This document shows, in pieces, positions 8,450-16,774 of a DNA stretch of 44,791 nucleotides. The position numbers and the translations under genes are program-made. The notes below the pieces were generated by a model. That model made no database searches. It was given only the letters and a program-made list of their open reading frames with translations, and was not told the DNA's origin. This DNA is from an uncultured Candidatus Saccharibacteria bacterium. GTDB taxonomy: Bacteria; Patescibacteriota; Dojkabacteria; J137. The DNA lies in the NCBI GenBank assembly GCA_964445405.1, contig CAYUKX010000002.1:1-44791 (forward strand). The letters run 5' to 3'. The number at the start of each line of letters is the position of its first letter. The first letter of the stretch is position 1.

Positions 8450-9659
8450 TTATGATTAAATCTTGTTCAACTGTGGATGGAGTATCCTCAATTAAGTCAG
8501 GGTTATTTATAACATTTTCAGTTGGCGGCTGTTCTATAGATGCTGGTTGAATACCATCTGTCGTTAATGATGATATGTTACCTACAATATTATATAAAGG
8601 TAAAATAACTGCTACTGCAACAAATGCAATTCCCGCCCAAATTATAATTATTAGTATTGGTTCAAATATAACACCAGCGTCTTTCAAACTAACTTCATTT
8701 CTTTTTTCAAAGGTTTCACCTATCAATAAAAAGTTTTCTGGTAGTTTTCCAGTTTTTTCACCAACTATAACCATTTCTCTTGCATATAAAGGAAGCATTC
8801 TTCTAACTCGTTTATCGTTATAGAAGATCTCTGAGAATTTATAACCTTTATCTATTAAAATACCCATATCGGTATATAATTTTTTGTAGCTCCTAAAACT
8901 TGTAGCATTCGCAAGTAATAACAAAGACTCTGATGGCGAAATTCCCGTTTCAAACAAATTATTTAATAAATAACCAAATCTAGTAATTTCTGTTTCCATT
9001 AATACATTCTTCAGAATTGGAACTCTAAATAATATTGAATCACCTATATGTTTAGTTTTCTTATTTATGAATAGTGTATAAATTGTGAATAACAACAAGA
9101 ATATAAATAGTGGAACGGCAATAACGCCATACTTGTCAAAGAAATCGCCTACAGCAATCAATATTTTTGTGATGGTAGGTAATTCAACGTTTAAGCTTTT
9201 ATAAATTGTGGTTAATCTTGGTAATACAAAGCCAACCATTACCATAACTACAATTATTAGTAGAGTTAGTACAAAGCTAGGATACAAACTTGCAGATTTT
9301 ATTTTGTTAGAAAACTCATTATCCCTTTGCAGGTATTTAACAACGGTTTTTAAGTTCTTAGGTAGATTGCCGGTCTGTTCACCAATTTGAATTAATGCTA
9401 TTAAGTGATCACCAATATATTTTTCCTCTTTAAATATTTTCCATAATTGCTCTCCGTTTTCGACTCTAAGCCTTAACTTATTAATTAGTTTTTGAACGTT
9501 GGCAGATTTGGTTTCATGTTCAAGAGATTCAAGTATTGTATCTATATCAATACCTGCTGCAAGCATGTTTGCAATGTTTTCGAATAGGTAATTCTTATAC
9601 TTATTTACATTCAGCTCAATTGTAAAAAGCGAGTTTATTTTTTTTATTAATGAGTTCAT
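8427..9659 (-). CDS. pilC: Type IV pilus platform protein PilC (GspF family)
   Basis: It has two GspF-type half-domains, each with the conserved E.TG.LP motif (IGEQTGNLPKNL; VGEKTGKLPENF), and three hydrophobic helices. It shares an ATGA overlap with pilB. Confidence 0.9.
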   Translation of the reverse strand: MNSLIKKINSLFTIELNVNKYKNYLFENIANMLAAGIDIDTILESLEHETKSANVQKLINKLRLRVENGEQLWKIFKEEKYIGDHLIALIQIGEQTGNLPKNLKTVVKYLQRDNEFSNKIKSASLYPSFVLTLLIIVVMVMVGFVLPRLTTIYKSLNVELPTITKILIAVGDFFDKYGVIAVPLFIFLLLFTIYTLFINKKTKHIGDSILFRVPILKNVLMETEITRFGYLLNNLFETGISPSESLLLLANATSFRSYKKLYTDMGILIDKGYKFSEIFYNDKRVRRMLPLYAREMVIVGEKTGKLPENFLLIGETFEKRNEVSLKDAGVIFEPILIIIIWAGIAFVAVAVILPLYNIVGNISSLTTDGIQPASIEQPPTENVINNPDLIEDTPSTVEQDLIIIDDEPIE

Positions 9660-11347
9660 TTCTTATTTAACTTTCGTAAATTTTTATAAATCATCTTTTT
9701 TTCTATTGCTGGTGCAACTCTAAGTACTTCTTCAATTGTAGTTAGTCCCGCTCTAACTTTATCTAATCCGTCTTCAAAAAAAGATATTGCTCCATTTTCT
9801 TTTGCGACATTCCAAATTTCAGAACTTGAGCTTTTTGTTAGTATCAAACTTTGTAATTCGTCATTAATTTCAATTAATTCAAAGATTCCTATTCTTCCTC
9901 TATATCCTGTAAAATTACATTTCTGACACCCTTTACCAGAGTAAAGTCTTATCTTTTCATCTTTAAAATATTCTTTGCTGTACGGCATTAGCTCTTCTAG
10001 GTCATCATGAGTATATTCATGACTTACTTTACATGAATCGCATATTTTTCTAATAAGTCTTTGAGCAACAATTAGGTTTAAAGTTGATGCCAATAAAAAT
10101 GGCTCAATGCCCATATCAACAAGCCTTGGGATTGCGGTTGCCGCATCGTTAGCATGAAAAGTTGATAGTAATAAGTGTCCAGTTAACGCCGCGTTTACAG
10201 CTATTTCTGCTGTTTCTACATCTCGGATTTCTCCAACTAACATTACATTAGGGTCCTGTCTGACAATTGATCTTAGACCTCTTGCAAAAGTAATTTCGTT
10301 TTCTGCATTTACTTGTATCTGATTAATTCCTGGAATTCTAAACTCAACAGGATCTTCGATTGTAGTTATATTTATTTGGGGGTTTAAAAGAATTTTTATT
10401 ATAGAGTAGAGCGTTGTTGTTTTACCAGAACCTGTTGGGCCGGTTGTTAATATCATTCCGAAAGGTTTTTTATAAGCTTTTTCAAGTTTACTAAAGTTTG
10501 CTTCAGAGAACCCTAAATCCTTAATATTTAGGTTCTTTGTATAATTTGTCAGTATTCTAATTACAATTTTTTGTCCATCTAATACAGGAACAATAGATAC
10601 TCTTAAATCTACAGCGAATTTATCGTTTGAAAATCTAATAGCACCGTCCTGAGTTCTGTACCTTTGGTCAATTCTAATATTAGACATTACTTTTATTCTA
10701 TTTAGAATATTTTCGTAAAGCTGCACCGGAACTTCGCCAACTTCTCTAAGTAATCCATCAACTCTTATACGTAGTAATACTGTTTCTGATTGTGGTTCAA
10801 AATGAATATCTGAAGCTTTTAAATCGTATGCTTCACTAAATAATTCATCTAAAAATTTATTAGTAAAATCTGTCCCACTTTCAAAAATGGTATTAATTCT
10901 ATCCTGAAATGGATCTTTGAATCTTAATAAAATTTCATCAATATCTTCGGTTAGTGAGTAGAAAATTTCAACTTTATATTTTGGTATAACCGTTTCTAAT
11001 AGATCTTTTATTTCCTCAATCTGTTCAACTCTATCTGTGGTAACGCTTATTGAATAGTTATCGACTTTAAATGCTAAAACTCGATTTTCGTTAACTATAT
11101 CTTTTGGAATAATATTCAAAGTATCTTCTTTAATTTCACTTTTTTGAAGATTAAAGTAACCAACTTTAAATGTTTCTGCAATTGAATGCCCAATTATTTC
11201 TTTGCTGAAGAACCTTGCTCCAATTAAGTTATCAATGACTGTGCCTCTAGGGTAATCTGCCAGTGCCTTATTAGTATCTTCTTCGGAAATGTAATTATTA
11301 TCAAGTAGGGACTTAAGAATTTCTGTCTCTGATAGCGTACTTCTCAT
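9656..11347 (-). CDS. pilB: Type IV pilus assembly ATPase PilB (GspE family)
   Basis: Walker A is GPTGSGKTTTLYS. Asp/His boxes are VMLVGEIRD and LLLSTFHANDA. The tetracysteine motif is CDSC...CQKC. A GspE_N-like N-terminal domain is present. Confidence 0.93.
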   Translation of the reverse strand: MRSTLSETEILKSLLDNNYISEEDTNKALADYPRGTVIDNLIGARFFSKEIIGHSIAETFKVGYFNLQKSEIKEDTLNIIPKDIVNENRVLAFKVDNYSISVTTDRVEQIEEIKDLLETVIPKYKVEIFYSLTEDIDEILLRFKDPFQDRINTIFESGTDFTNKFLDELFSEAYDLKASDIHFEPQSETVLLRIRVDGLLREVGEVPVQLYENILNRIKVMSNIRIDQRYRTQDGAIRFSNDKFAVDLRVSIVPVLDGQKIVIRILTNYTKNLNIKDLGFSEANFSKLEKAYKKPFGMILTTGPTGSGKTTTLYSIIKILLNPQINITTIEDPVEFRIPGINQIQVNAENEITFARGLRSIVRQDPNVMLVGEIRDVETAEIAVNAALTGHLLLSTFHANDAATAIPRLVDMGIEPFLLASTLNLIVAQRLIRKICDSCKVSHEYTHDDLEELMPYSKEYFKDEKIRLYSGKGCQKCNFTGYRGRIGIFELIEINDELQSLILTKSSSSEIWNVAKENGAISFFEDGLDKVRAGLTTIEEVLRVAPAIEKKMIYKNLRKLNKK

Positions 11348-11871
11348 TTTTTATCAAAGTAATCTTTTAAAAATTCAACAATTTGTGAAAGTTGAAAATT
11401 TGATTTAATCCAGAAATCTATTGCACCTAAATCTTTTGTTTTTTCGATATCCTCTTCTTGGCTTAAATTAGAAAGTACAATTACTTCTGGAGGGTTCTTT
11501 AGTAGTTTTAGCTCTTTTAGGACTTCAAAACCATCTTTATTAGGCATTAAAAGATCTAATAGGATTAAATCATACTTATTCTCTTTAATCATTTTAATAA
11601 CCTCGTTGCCATCTCTAGCAATATCTATCTGAAACCCAGCGGCCCTTAGCTTTATGCTAAAAGCATTCGTAAGGGATTCTTCGTCTTCTGCAACAAGAAT
11701 TCTATAGGATTTCTTTAATGATTCTTCTTTCTTTTCATCATCTTTTATTTCCTTTTTTACTACAGGTTTCTCGTCAACTTCCACTTCCGGTTCGTTTTCA
11801 AGCATCTCTTTTATGCTTTTTCTAGGCTCTTCTTGTTTCTTTTTATTCTTCCCTAAGTCAGTGAATATCAT
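11344..11871 (-). CDS. Stand-alone CheY-like response-regulator receiver with K/E-rich N-terminal extension
   Basis: Sequence RILVAEDEE ... DLILLDLLMPNKDGFEVLKELK ... VIVLSN ... fits a receiver domain. There is no output domain. It is translationally coupled (ATGA) to pilB. Confidence 0.85.
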   Translation of the reverse strand: MIFTDLGKNKKKQEEPRKSIKEMLENEPEVEVDEKPVVKKEIKDDEKKEESLKKSYRILVAEDEESLTNAFSIKLRAAGFQIDIARDGNEVIKMIKENKYDLILLDLLMPNKDGFEVLKELKLLKNPPEVIVLSNLSQEEDIEKTKDLGAIDFWIKSNFQLSQIVEFLKDYFDKK

Positions 11872-11887
11872 CTTATTTATGTTGAAA

Positions 11888-11909
11888 GTCCTTTACGAAT
11901 GTAAAGGAC
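11888..11909 (-). terminator. Hairpin between major pilin genes and pilus assembly genes (likely partial terminator/attenuator)
   Basis: GTCCTTTAC-gaat-GTAAAGGAC forms a 9-bp perfect stem. It starts 24 nt after the pilin stop and is followed on the minus strand by TTTC. Confidence 0.6.
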
Positions 11910-11932
11910 AAACGTTCATTTATTATTTAAAA

Positions 11933-12388
11933 CTATCTACTAACACTTATTGTTGCTGACTCTGCGTTTGGTGCAGCTACTGTAACTCTGTTAGATGCCG
12001 CTAAACAAATAGTATATCCAGTGTTTGCAGCAGTCCCACCGGTTGGGTCTTTAGGTATTCCTACTACATAGGTTGGTACAAGCAGTGTTGATAAATCAAT
12101 ATAGTCAGGATCCACTGTCGTTCCAATAATTAGTACATCAGTTGTGCAGTTAGGAATTGTTCCAAAATCACCAATAAGGTTCCCTGATTGTGATGTATAT
12201 TGAGTAACCGCATTTAGAATTTGGGTTACATCAGATCTTCTTTGTGTATTTCTAGCATCCTGAAAATTCTTTGCAGGGTTAATTGCAATAATGGTAATGG
12301 CAGCTAAAAATCCAATTAAAGCAATTACTACAAGAACTTCGATTAATGTGAATGCTTTTTTTGTTTTGTTTGGTTTGTATTCCTTCAT
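11933..12388 (-). CDS. Type IV major pilin, paralog 2
   Basis: N-terminus is KTKKAFTLIEVLVVIALIGFLAAITIIAINP. It is 59 aa identical to the neighbouring paralog and shares the C-terminal ESATISVSR. Confidence 0.9.
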   Translation of the reverse strand: MKEYKPNKTKKAFTLIEVLVVIALIGFLAAITIIAINPAKNFQDARNTQRRSDVTQILNAVTQYTSQSGNLIGDFGTIPNCTTDVLIIGTTVDPDYIDLSTLLVPTYVVGIPKDPTGGTAANTGYTICLAASNRVTVAAPNAESATISVSR

Positions 12389-12406
12389 AATATATTAATA
12401 AATTAA

Positions 12407-12847
12407 TTATCTACTTACTGAAATTGTCGCACTTTCTCCACCAGGAGCCGATACAGTTACTCTTCCTCCAGTAGTTAAACATATATCGTAACCAGTATCT
12501 GTTACAGTACTTATACTTGGATCGTTAGGTATTGCAACAACATATGTTGGTACAAGGTTTGTTCCTAGATTCACCATACCGACTGCAGTTCCAATGTTTG
12601 TAGTCGTAGGGCAAGTTGCAATGGTTCCTAATCCCGATAGGGTGTTGCCTTGTTGAGTTGTATATTGAGTAACCGCATTTAGAATTTGGGTAACATCAGA
12701 TCTTCTTTGAGTATTTCTAGCATCCTGAAAGTTCTTCGCAGGGTTAATAGCAATAATAGTAATAGCAGCTAAAAATCCAATTAAAGCGATTACTACCAGA
12801 ACTTCGATCAGTGTAAATGCTTTTTTCGTTTTATTTCTGTTGTTCAC
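12407..12847 (-). CDS. Type IV major pilin, paralog 1 (GTG start)
   Basis: It has the same prepilin N-terminus and is the first gene of the pilus operon. The start codon at 12845-12847 reads GTG on the minus strand. Confidence 0.9.
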   Translation of the reverse strand: MNNRNKTKKAFTLIEVLVVIALIGFLAAITIIAINPAKNFQDARNTQRRSDVTQILNAVTQYTTQQGNTLSGLGTIATCPTTTNIGTAVGMVNLGTNLVPTYVVAIPNDPSISTVTDTGYDICLTTGGRVTVSAPGGESATISVSR

Positions 12848-12970
12848 ATTCTATATTTAAAATTTAATAATTCAATATTAGTCTATTCTTTTTAAAAATT
12901 CATTTCAAGTCTTGTGTGGTGTAAAAAAATAAGCTAATTTTGGTAGTTAATTTAATACTCAGTTTTAGCC

Positions 12971-14443
12971 ATGTTGCAAAAATTAATAATGTCTGATCCA
13001 AAATTTGCTACAAAATTATTAAATAGCAAAGGAAGGAGTGCTGCTTTAAAAGCGTTTAAAGATGCTGCAAAATTACCAGCTTACTTGGAACTTTTGAAAA
13101 CACATAATGTAAGTATTAATGATATTCATTCAGTAGCGGATTTTGTTAAATTACCAATTCTTGATAAAAAAAACTATATTAATGCGTTTCCATTGGAAGA
13201 TCGAATAAAGTTTAAGATGTATAAAAACTATACAATTGAGCGAAGTAGCGGGTATTCAGGTGAGCCAAACTATTGGGTAAGATTTAGCGGACAAGATGAC
13301 GCTACTGAAAAACGAATAGTTGAATTAATAGATAAGATTTTTGAAATAAAAACTAAAAAAACCTTAATGATTAATACTTTTGCAATGGGAACTTGGATTG
13401 CTGGCATTAAGTCGGCTAGATGGTTTTTGAATGCAGCAAACAATAAAGATTTAGATTTAACAGTTGTAAATGTTGGAATCAACCTCGAGGAATCCATTGA
13501 GATTTTCAAAAAGTTCTACAAGCACTACGATCAAACTATATTTATGGGCTACAATCCCTTTTTAAAACAAATTGTAGATAAGATCTCAGGACAATACGAC
13601 CAATCACATGTTGTACATCTTTTAATGGGTGGCGAAGGCTTTTCAGAAGATTGGCGAGACTATATTGCTAATAAATTAGGCTATAGAATTGAAGATTTTA
13701 AGGGGAAAGTAATATCAGGTTATGGTGCAGCGGATATGGGCAATGATATAGGAGTAGAGCAACCGTTTTCTATTATGTTGCGAAGGGCATTTACAAAGAA
13801 GCCTGAGTTAATGAAGAAATATATAGGAGAAGTTGGGGATTTTGTCCCACTAATGTTTCAATATTCTCCTACTAAAGTATTTGTGGAGACAAATGATGCA
13901 CAAGAGCTAATTTTTACTGCAAATAGTGGAGCACCTCTTGTCCGCTATAATTTGCACGATAAAGGCGGTACAATTAGTTATCTTGATGCTTTAAGTATTG
14001 TTGAGGAAGTTTATGGTAAGGATTATGTTAAAAATGTACTTAAGCCTATGCCACTTCCAGTTATCTTCTTGTACGGAAGATCAGACTCAACTATTCATGT
14101 AACTGGCGTTAATATTTATATGGAGCATATTAAGCAGTCAGTCAATAATAGAGATATTAGTGAATATACCACAGGACGATTCTATTGTTTTGTTGAAGAC
14201 GATGAAAATTATAATCAGAGATTTAATATGGTTATAGAAGCAAGAGACGTAAAATTAGCTGAAAACAAAAAATCTGTTATTCAAAAAAATATAACTACAA
14301 CAATAGCAAATCTAAACCAAGAATATAAACATTTATTAGAAACTAACTTCGAGTTGGCAAACCCAGTAATCAACTTCGTTTCAGAAGAGGAATTTGAAAA
14401 ATATAGTAGAAAAAGTATTAAAATAGTTTATAAAAAGAATTGA
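12971..14443 (+). CDS. Adenylate-forming enzyme, PaaK / coenzyme F390 synthetase-like (ANL superfamily)
   Basis: The N-terminal pattern (..DIHSVADFVKLPILDKKNYINAFPLEDR..) and the P-loop-like ERSSGYSGEPNYW at ~residue 90 resemble phenylacetate-CoA-ligase-family proteins (SSG[ST]TG.P). Size is ~490 aa. Confidence 0.55.
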   Translation: MLQKLIMSDPKFATKLLNSKGRSAALKAFKDAAKLPAYLELLKTHNVSINDIHSVADFVKLPILDKKNYINAFPLEDRIKFKMYKNYTIERSSGYSGEPNYWVRFSGQDDATEKRIVELIDKIFEIKTKKTLMINTFAMGTWIAGIKSARWFLNAANNKDLDLTVVNVGINLEESIEIFKKFYKHYDQTIFMGYNPFLKQIVDKISGQYDQSHVVHLLMGGEGFSEDWRDYIANKLGYRIEDFKGKVISGYGAADMGNDIGVEQPFSIMLRRAFTKKPELMKKYIGEVGDFVPLMFQYSPTKVFVETNDAQELIFTANSGAPLVRYNLHDKGGTISYLDALSIVEEVYGKDYVKNVLKPMPLPVIFLYGRSDSTIHVTGVNIYMEHIKQSVNNRDISEYTTGRFYCFVEDDENYNQRFNMVIEARDVKLAENKKSVIQKNITTTIANLNQEYKHLLETNFELANPVINFVSEEEFEKYSRKSIKIVYKKN

Positions 14444-14447
14444 AAAT

Positions 14448-15128
14448 ATGTGGAATATATACGCAAAAAACTACGATAGCGCTACTTTAAGTTTTACGGC
14501 ATATAAAGAACTAATGCAACTCGTTATTGAAAACCTTAAAGTTACAAATAAAGATTCAATATTAGACATGGGTTGTGGCACAGGAAATCTAGAGGATATA
14601 TTAGCAGAATCAGATACAGATTTTAGTTTAGTGGGACTTGATATTTCTAATGAAATGCTAAGAGTTGCCCAAAGAAAAGTCCGTGACGATACAAGATTCA
14701 ATTTTAAGAATTTTGATCTGAATATGGAACTTACATTTGAGAGTAATTCATTTAATAAGGTTGTAATGATTCATTCACTTTATACATTAAATAATTTAGA
14801 TTCAGTTTTACAGAATGTAAAAGGAGTTTTGGTAAATGGAGGTGAACTGCACATTGTTAATCCATTAAAAGATGCACAAATCAACAAGATGGTAAGTTAT
14901 GAGTTAAAAAAATCCGGAGTATTTGTATTTATAATTAAATTGCTACTTACAATACCCGCAAATATAATAAATAGACTAATCGCTAAAAAAGCAGATGCTA
15001 ATGAGTTTCATTTTTTAACGAACGAGGAATACATTCTGCTTTTAGAAAAAAATGGTTTTAGCGTAGTAGAAACATCCCTTGTGTATGCGAATCAATCAAC
15101 TTATATAATTTCTAAGATTACAAAATGA
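14448..15128 (+). CDS. Class I SAM-dependent methyltransferase
   Basis: Motif I is ILDMGCGTGNL, with post-I VGLDIS and a later VLVNGGEL. It overlaps the next gene by ATGA. Confidence 0.85.
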   Translation: MWNIYAKNYDSATLSFTAYKELMQLVIENLKVTNKDSILDMGCGTGNLEDILAESDTDFSLVGLDISNEMLRVAQRKVRDDTRFNFKNFDLNMELTFESNSFNKVVMIHSLYTLNNLDSVLQNVKGVLVNGGELHIVNPLKDAQINKMVSYELKKSGVFVFIIKLLLTIPANIINRLIAKKADANEFHFLTNEEYILLLEKNGFSVVETSLVYANQSTYIISKITK

Positions 15129-16771
15129 ACCCAACTTCCTATGAGTTTGTAAATTACTTTGTAGCAGTTACCTCGGCAGGAATTAGCTTTGCAATAGCTA
15201 TACTTTTCTTTATGGCTTTTAGAAGGCATAAAACTGAACATACAATCTTTAGAGCACTTGGTTTTGCTTTTATAGGTGAAGCATTTGGGTTTCACTTATT
15301 TGAAAGATCATTTCCAGAGCTTACAGTAGTTGCCTATGTATTTGAGTTAATAGGGTTGCTATTTTTATATTATTCACTGCTATTAAATAACGAAGAAGGT
15401 CAGGTATTTTTTACTGAAATTGTATTTGAAAATCGTCCAAAACCACTAAGAAAGTTACCTGAATTTTTAAGATTTATTGCAACTGCTTTTGTAATCTGTT
15501 GTGCATTTGCACTAATAATGAACCAGACAACTGGTAGTATAAACTTATTTACTCCTTCGCTTGCAATGTTCCTAGCTATACTTAGTTTCGAAGTTGCGTA
15601 TCTTAAATATAGTGAATTTAAAAATAAAACATTAAGCTCTAAATTAACTATCTTTGTAATATTAGGATTTATATTTTTTGGAATTAGGCATCTACTGAAT
15701 GTAATCTTCACTCTCCCAGCGGATGTTGATATTCCAAATAAAATCGAGCTTACATCGCTAATTGGACCAATGTGGCTTGCTATAAATATTATTACACTAA
15801 TGTCTTTTCTATTTTTAGCGATCTGGCAATGGGGATTCGTTAGAAAAAGATTTTTTATACGGGTTGTCGAAGTGTTACTTTCTGTGACAATACTTTTAGC
15901 AATTAGTAGTTCTGCCATAATTGGTGTACTTGGCAGTAACATTATTAAGGATACTAACCTTACGTTGGTTAAAAGAAACTCTGATTTGATTAAACTATTT
16001 TTTACTGAGAAGCTCGAACTGACAGCTAATATTGCAGATGCAGTGACTTCTAGACCAACACTGGTACAATCCATTGAAGATAGAGAAGGAGAATTAATTA
16101 AGATATTCCTAGCATTTTTTTCGGAACATTTAGATAATGCATCAAACTTTAGAATTTACGATAGATCCGAAACCGTAATCTTTAACCCTTATTTCCCAAG
16201 TGAACAAGGTCTTCAAGTTAAAGATAAATTCATTGAAAAAGTATTTGAAACAAAAAAGACAATTAATACGTTCGGAATTGTCCCAGGTACTAATATAATG
16301 GCGGGACGAAGTTTAAGTCCGTATATTGTAAATGGTGAAGTTGAGTTTGTTTGTGCAATTAATTTTTATTTTGACGATAATTTCTTAAAAGAAATTAAGA
16401 ATAATACTGATATAGATATTATTGTATATAAGCAAAATCAAATTAGCGCTTCTACAATCAATTCTAAAGATATCGAAAATACTTTGTCTGATACAGAAGT
16501 TATAGACACAGTACTTTCTCAGGGAAACCAAGTAGATAAAATTTCGCTTTTAGGAACAACAGAATATTTTACTGACTATAGTCCTATTAAAGACGTTAAT
16601 GGCGAAGTTACAGGAATTCTTGCTAGTCTAAGAAATCGAGATACGATCACTGACTATATTAGAAAGCAATTAAATATTACATTCGTTGTTATTACTAACA
16701 TTGCTTTCGGTGTTACAGTAATAGCGTATATAATTTTAAAGAGAGGTTATAAAAAGGATGTAGAAGAGTAG
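15125..16771 (+). CDS. Polytopic membrane protein with Cache-like extracytoplasmic domain and no cytoplasmic output domain
   Basis: About 8 N-terminal hydrophobic helices are followed by a ~245-aa soluble stretch and then one final helix (ITFVVITNIAFGVTVIAYIIL). Only ~12 residues follow that helix. The Cache assignment rests on overall pattern only. Confidence 0.45.
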   Translation: MNPTSYEFVNYFVAVTSAGISFAIAILFFMAFRRHKTEHTIFRALGFAFIGEAFGFHLFERSFPELTVVAYVFELIGLLFLYYSLLLNNEEGQVFFTEIVFENRPKPLRKLPEFLRFIATAFVICCAFALIMNQTTGSINLFTPSLAMFLAILSFEVAYLKYSEFKNKTLSSKLTIFVILGFIFFGIRHLLNVIFTLPADVDIPNKIELTSLIGPMWLAINIITLMSFLFLAIWQWGFVRKRFFIRVVEVLLSVTILLAISSSAIIGVLGSNIIKDTNLTLVKRNSDLIKLFFTEKLELTANIADAVTSRPTLVQSIEDREGELIKIFLAFFSEHLDNASNFRIYDRSETVIFNPYFPSEQGLQVKDKFIEKVFETKKTINTFGIVPGTNIMAGRSLSPYIVNGEVEFVCAINFYFDDNFLKEIKNNTDIDIIVYKQNQISASTINSKDIENTLSDTEVIDTVLSQGNQVDKISLLGTTEYFTDYSPIKDVNGEVTGILASLRNRDTITDYIRKQLNITFVVITNIAFGVTVIAYIILKRGYKKDVEE

Positions 16772-16774
16772 TAA

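Noticed and set aside
12848-12970. A possible pilin promoter (TTGAAA-17-TAGACT on the minus strand) lies in the divergent intergenic region.
   Set aside because: In DNA this AT-rich, several equally good hexamer pairs can be drawn. I did not list it as a feature without 5'-end data.
15400-16074. A 224-aa antisense ORF lies inside the membrane-protein gene. Many shorter antisense ORFs appear in the track (e.g. 182-397, 2034-2324, 2451-2741, 3001-3318, 4004-4324, 7431-7773, 23853-24132, 32141-32887, 42996-43511).
   Set aside because: Each lies wholly inside a longer ORF with clear family motifs on the other strand. Their products are low-complexity with no motifs and no start context, so they are typical shadow frames.
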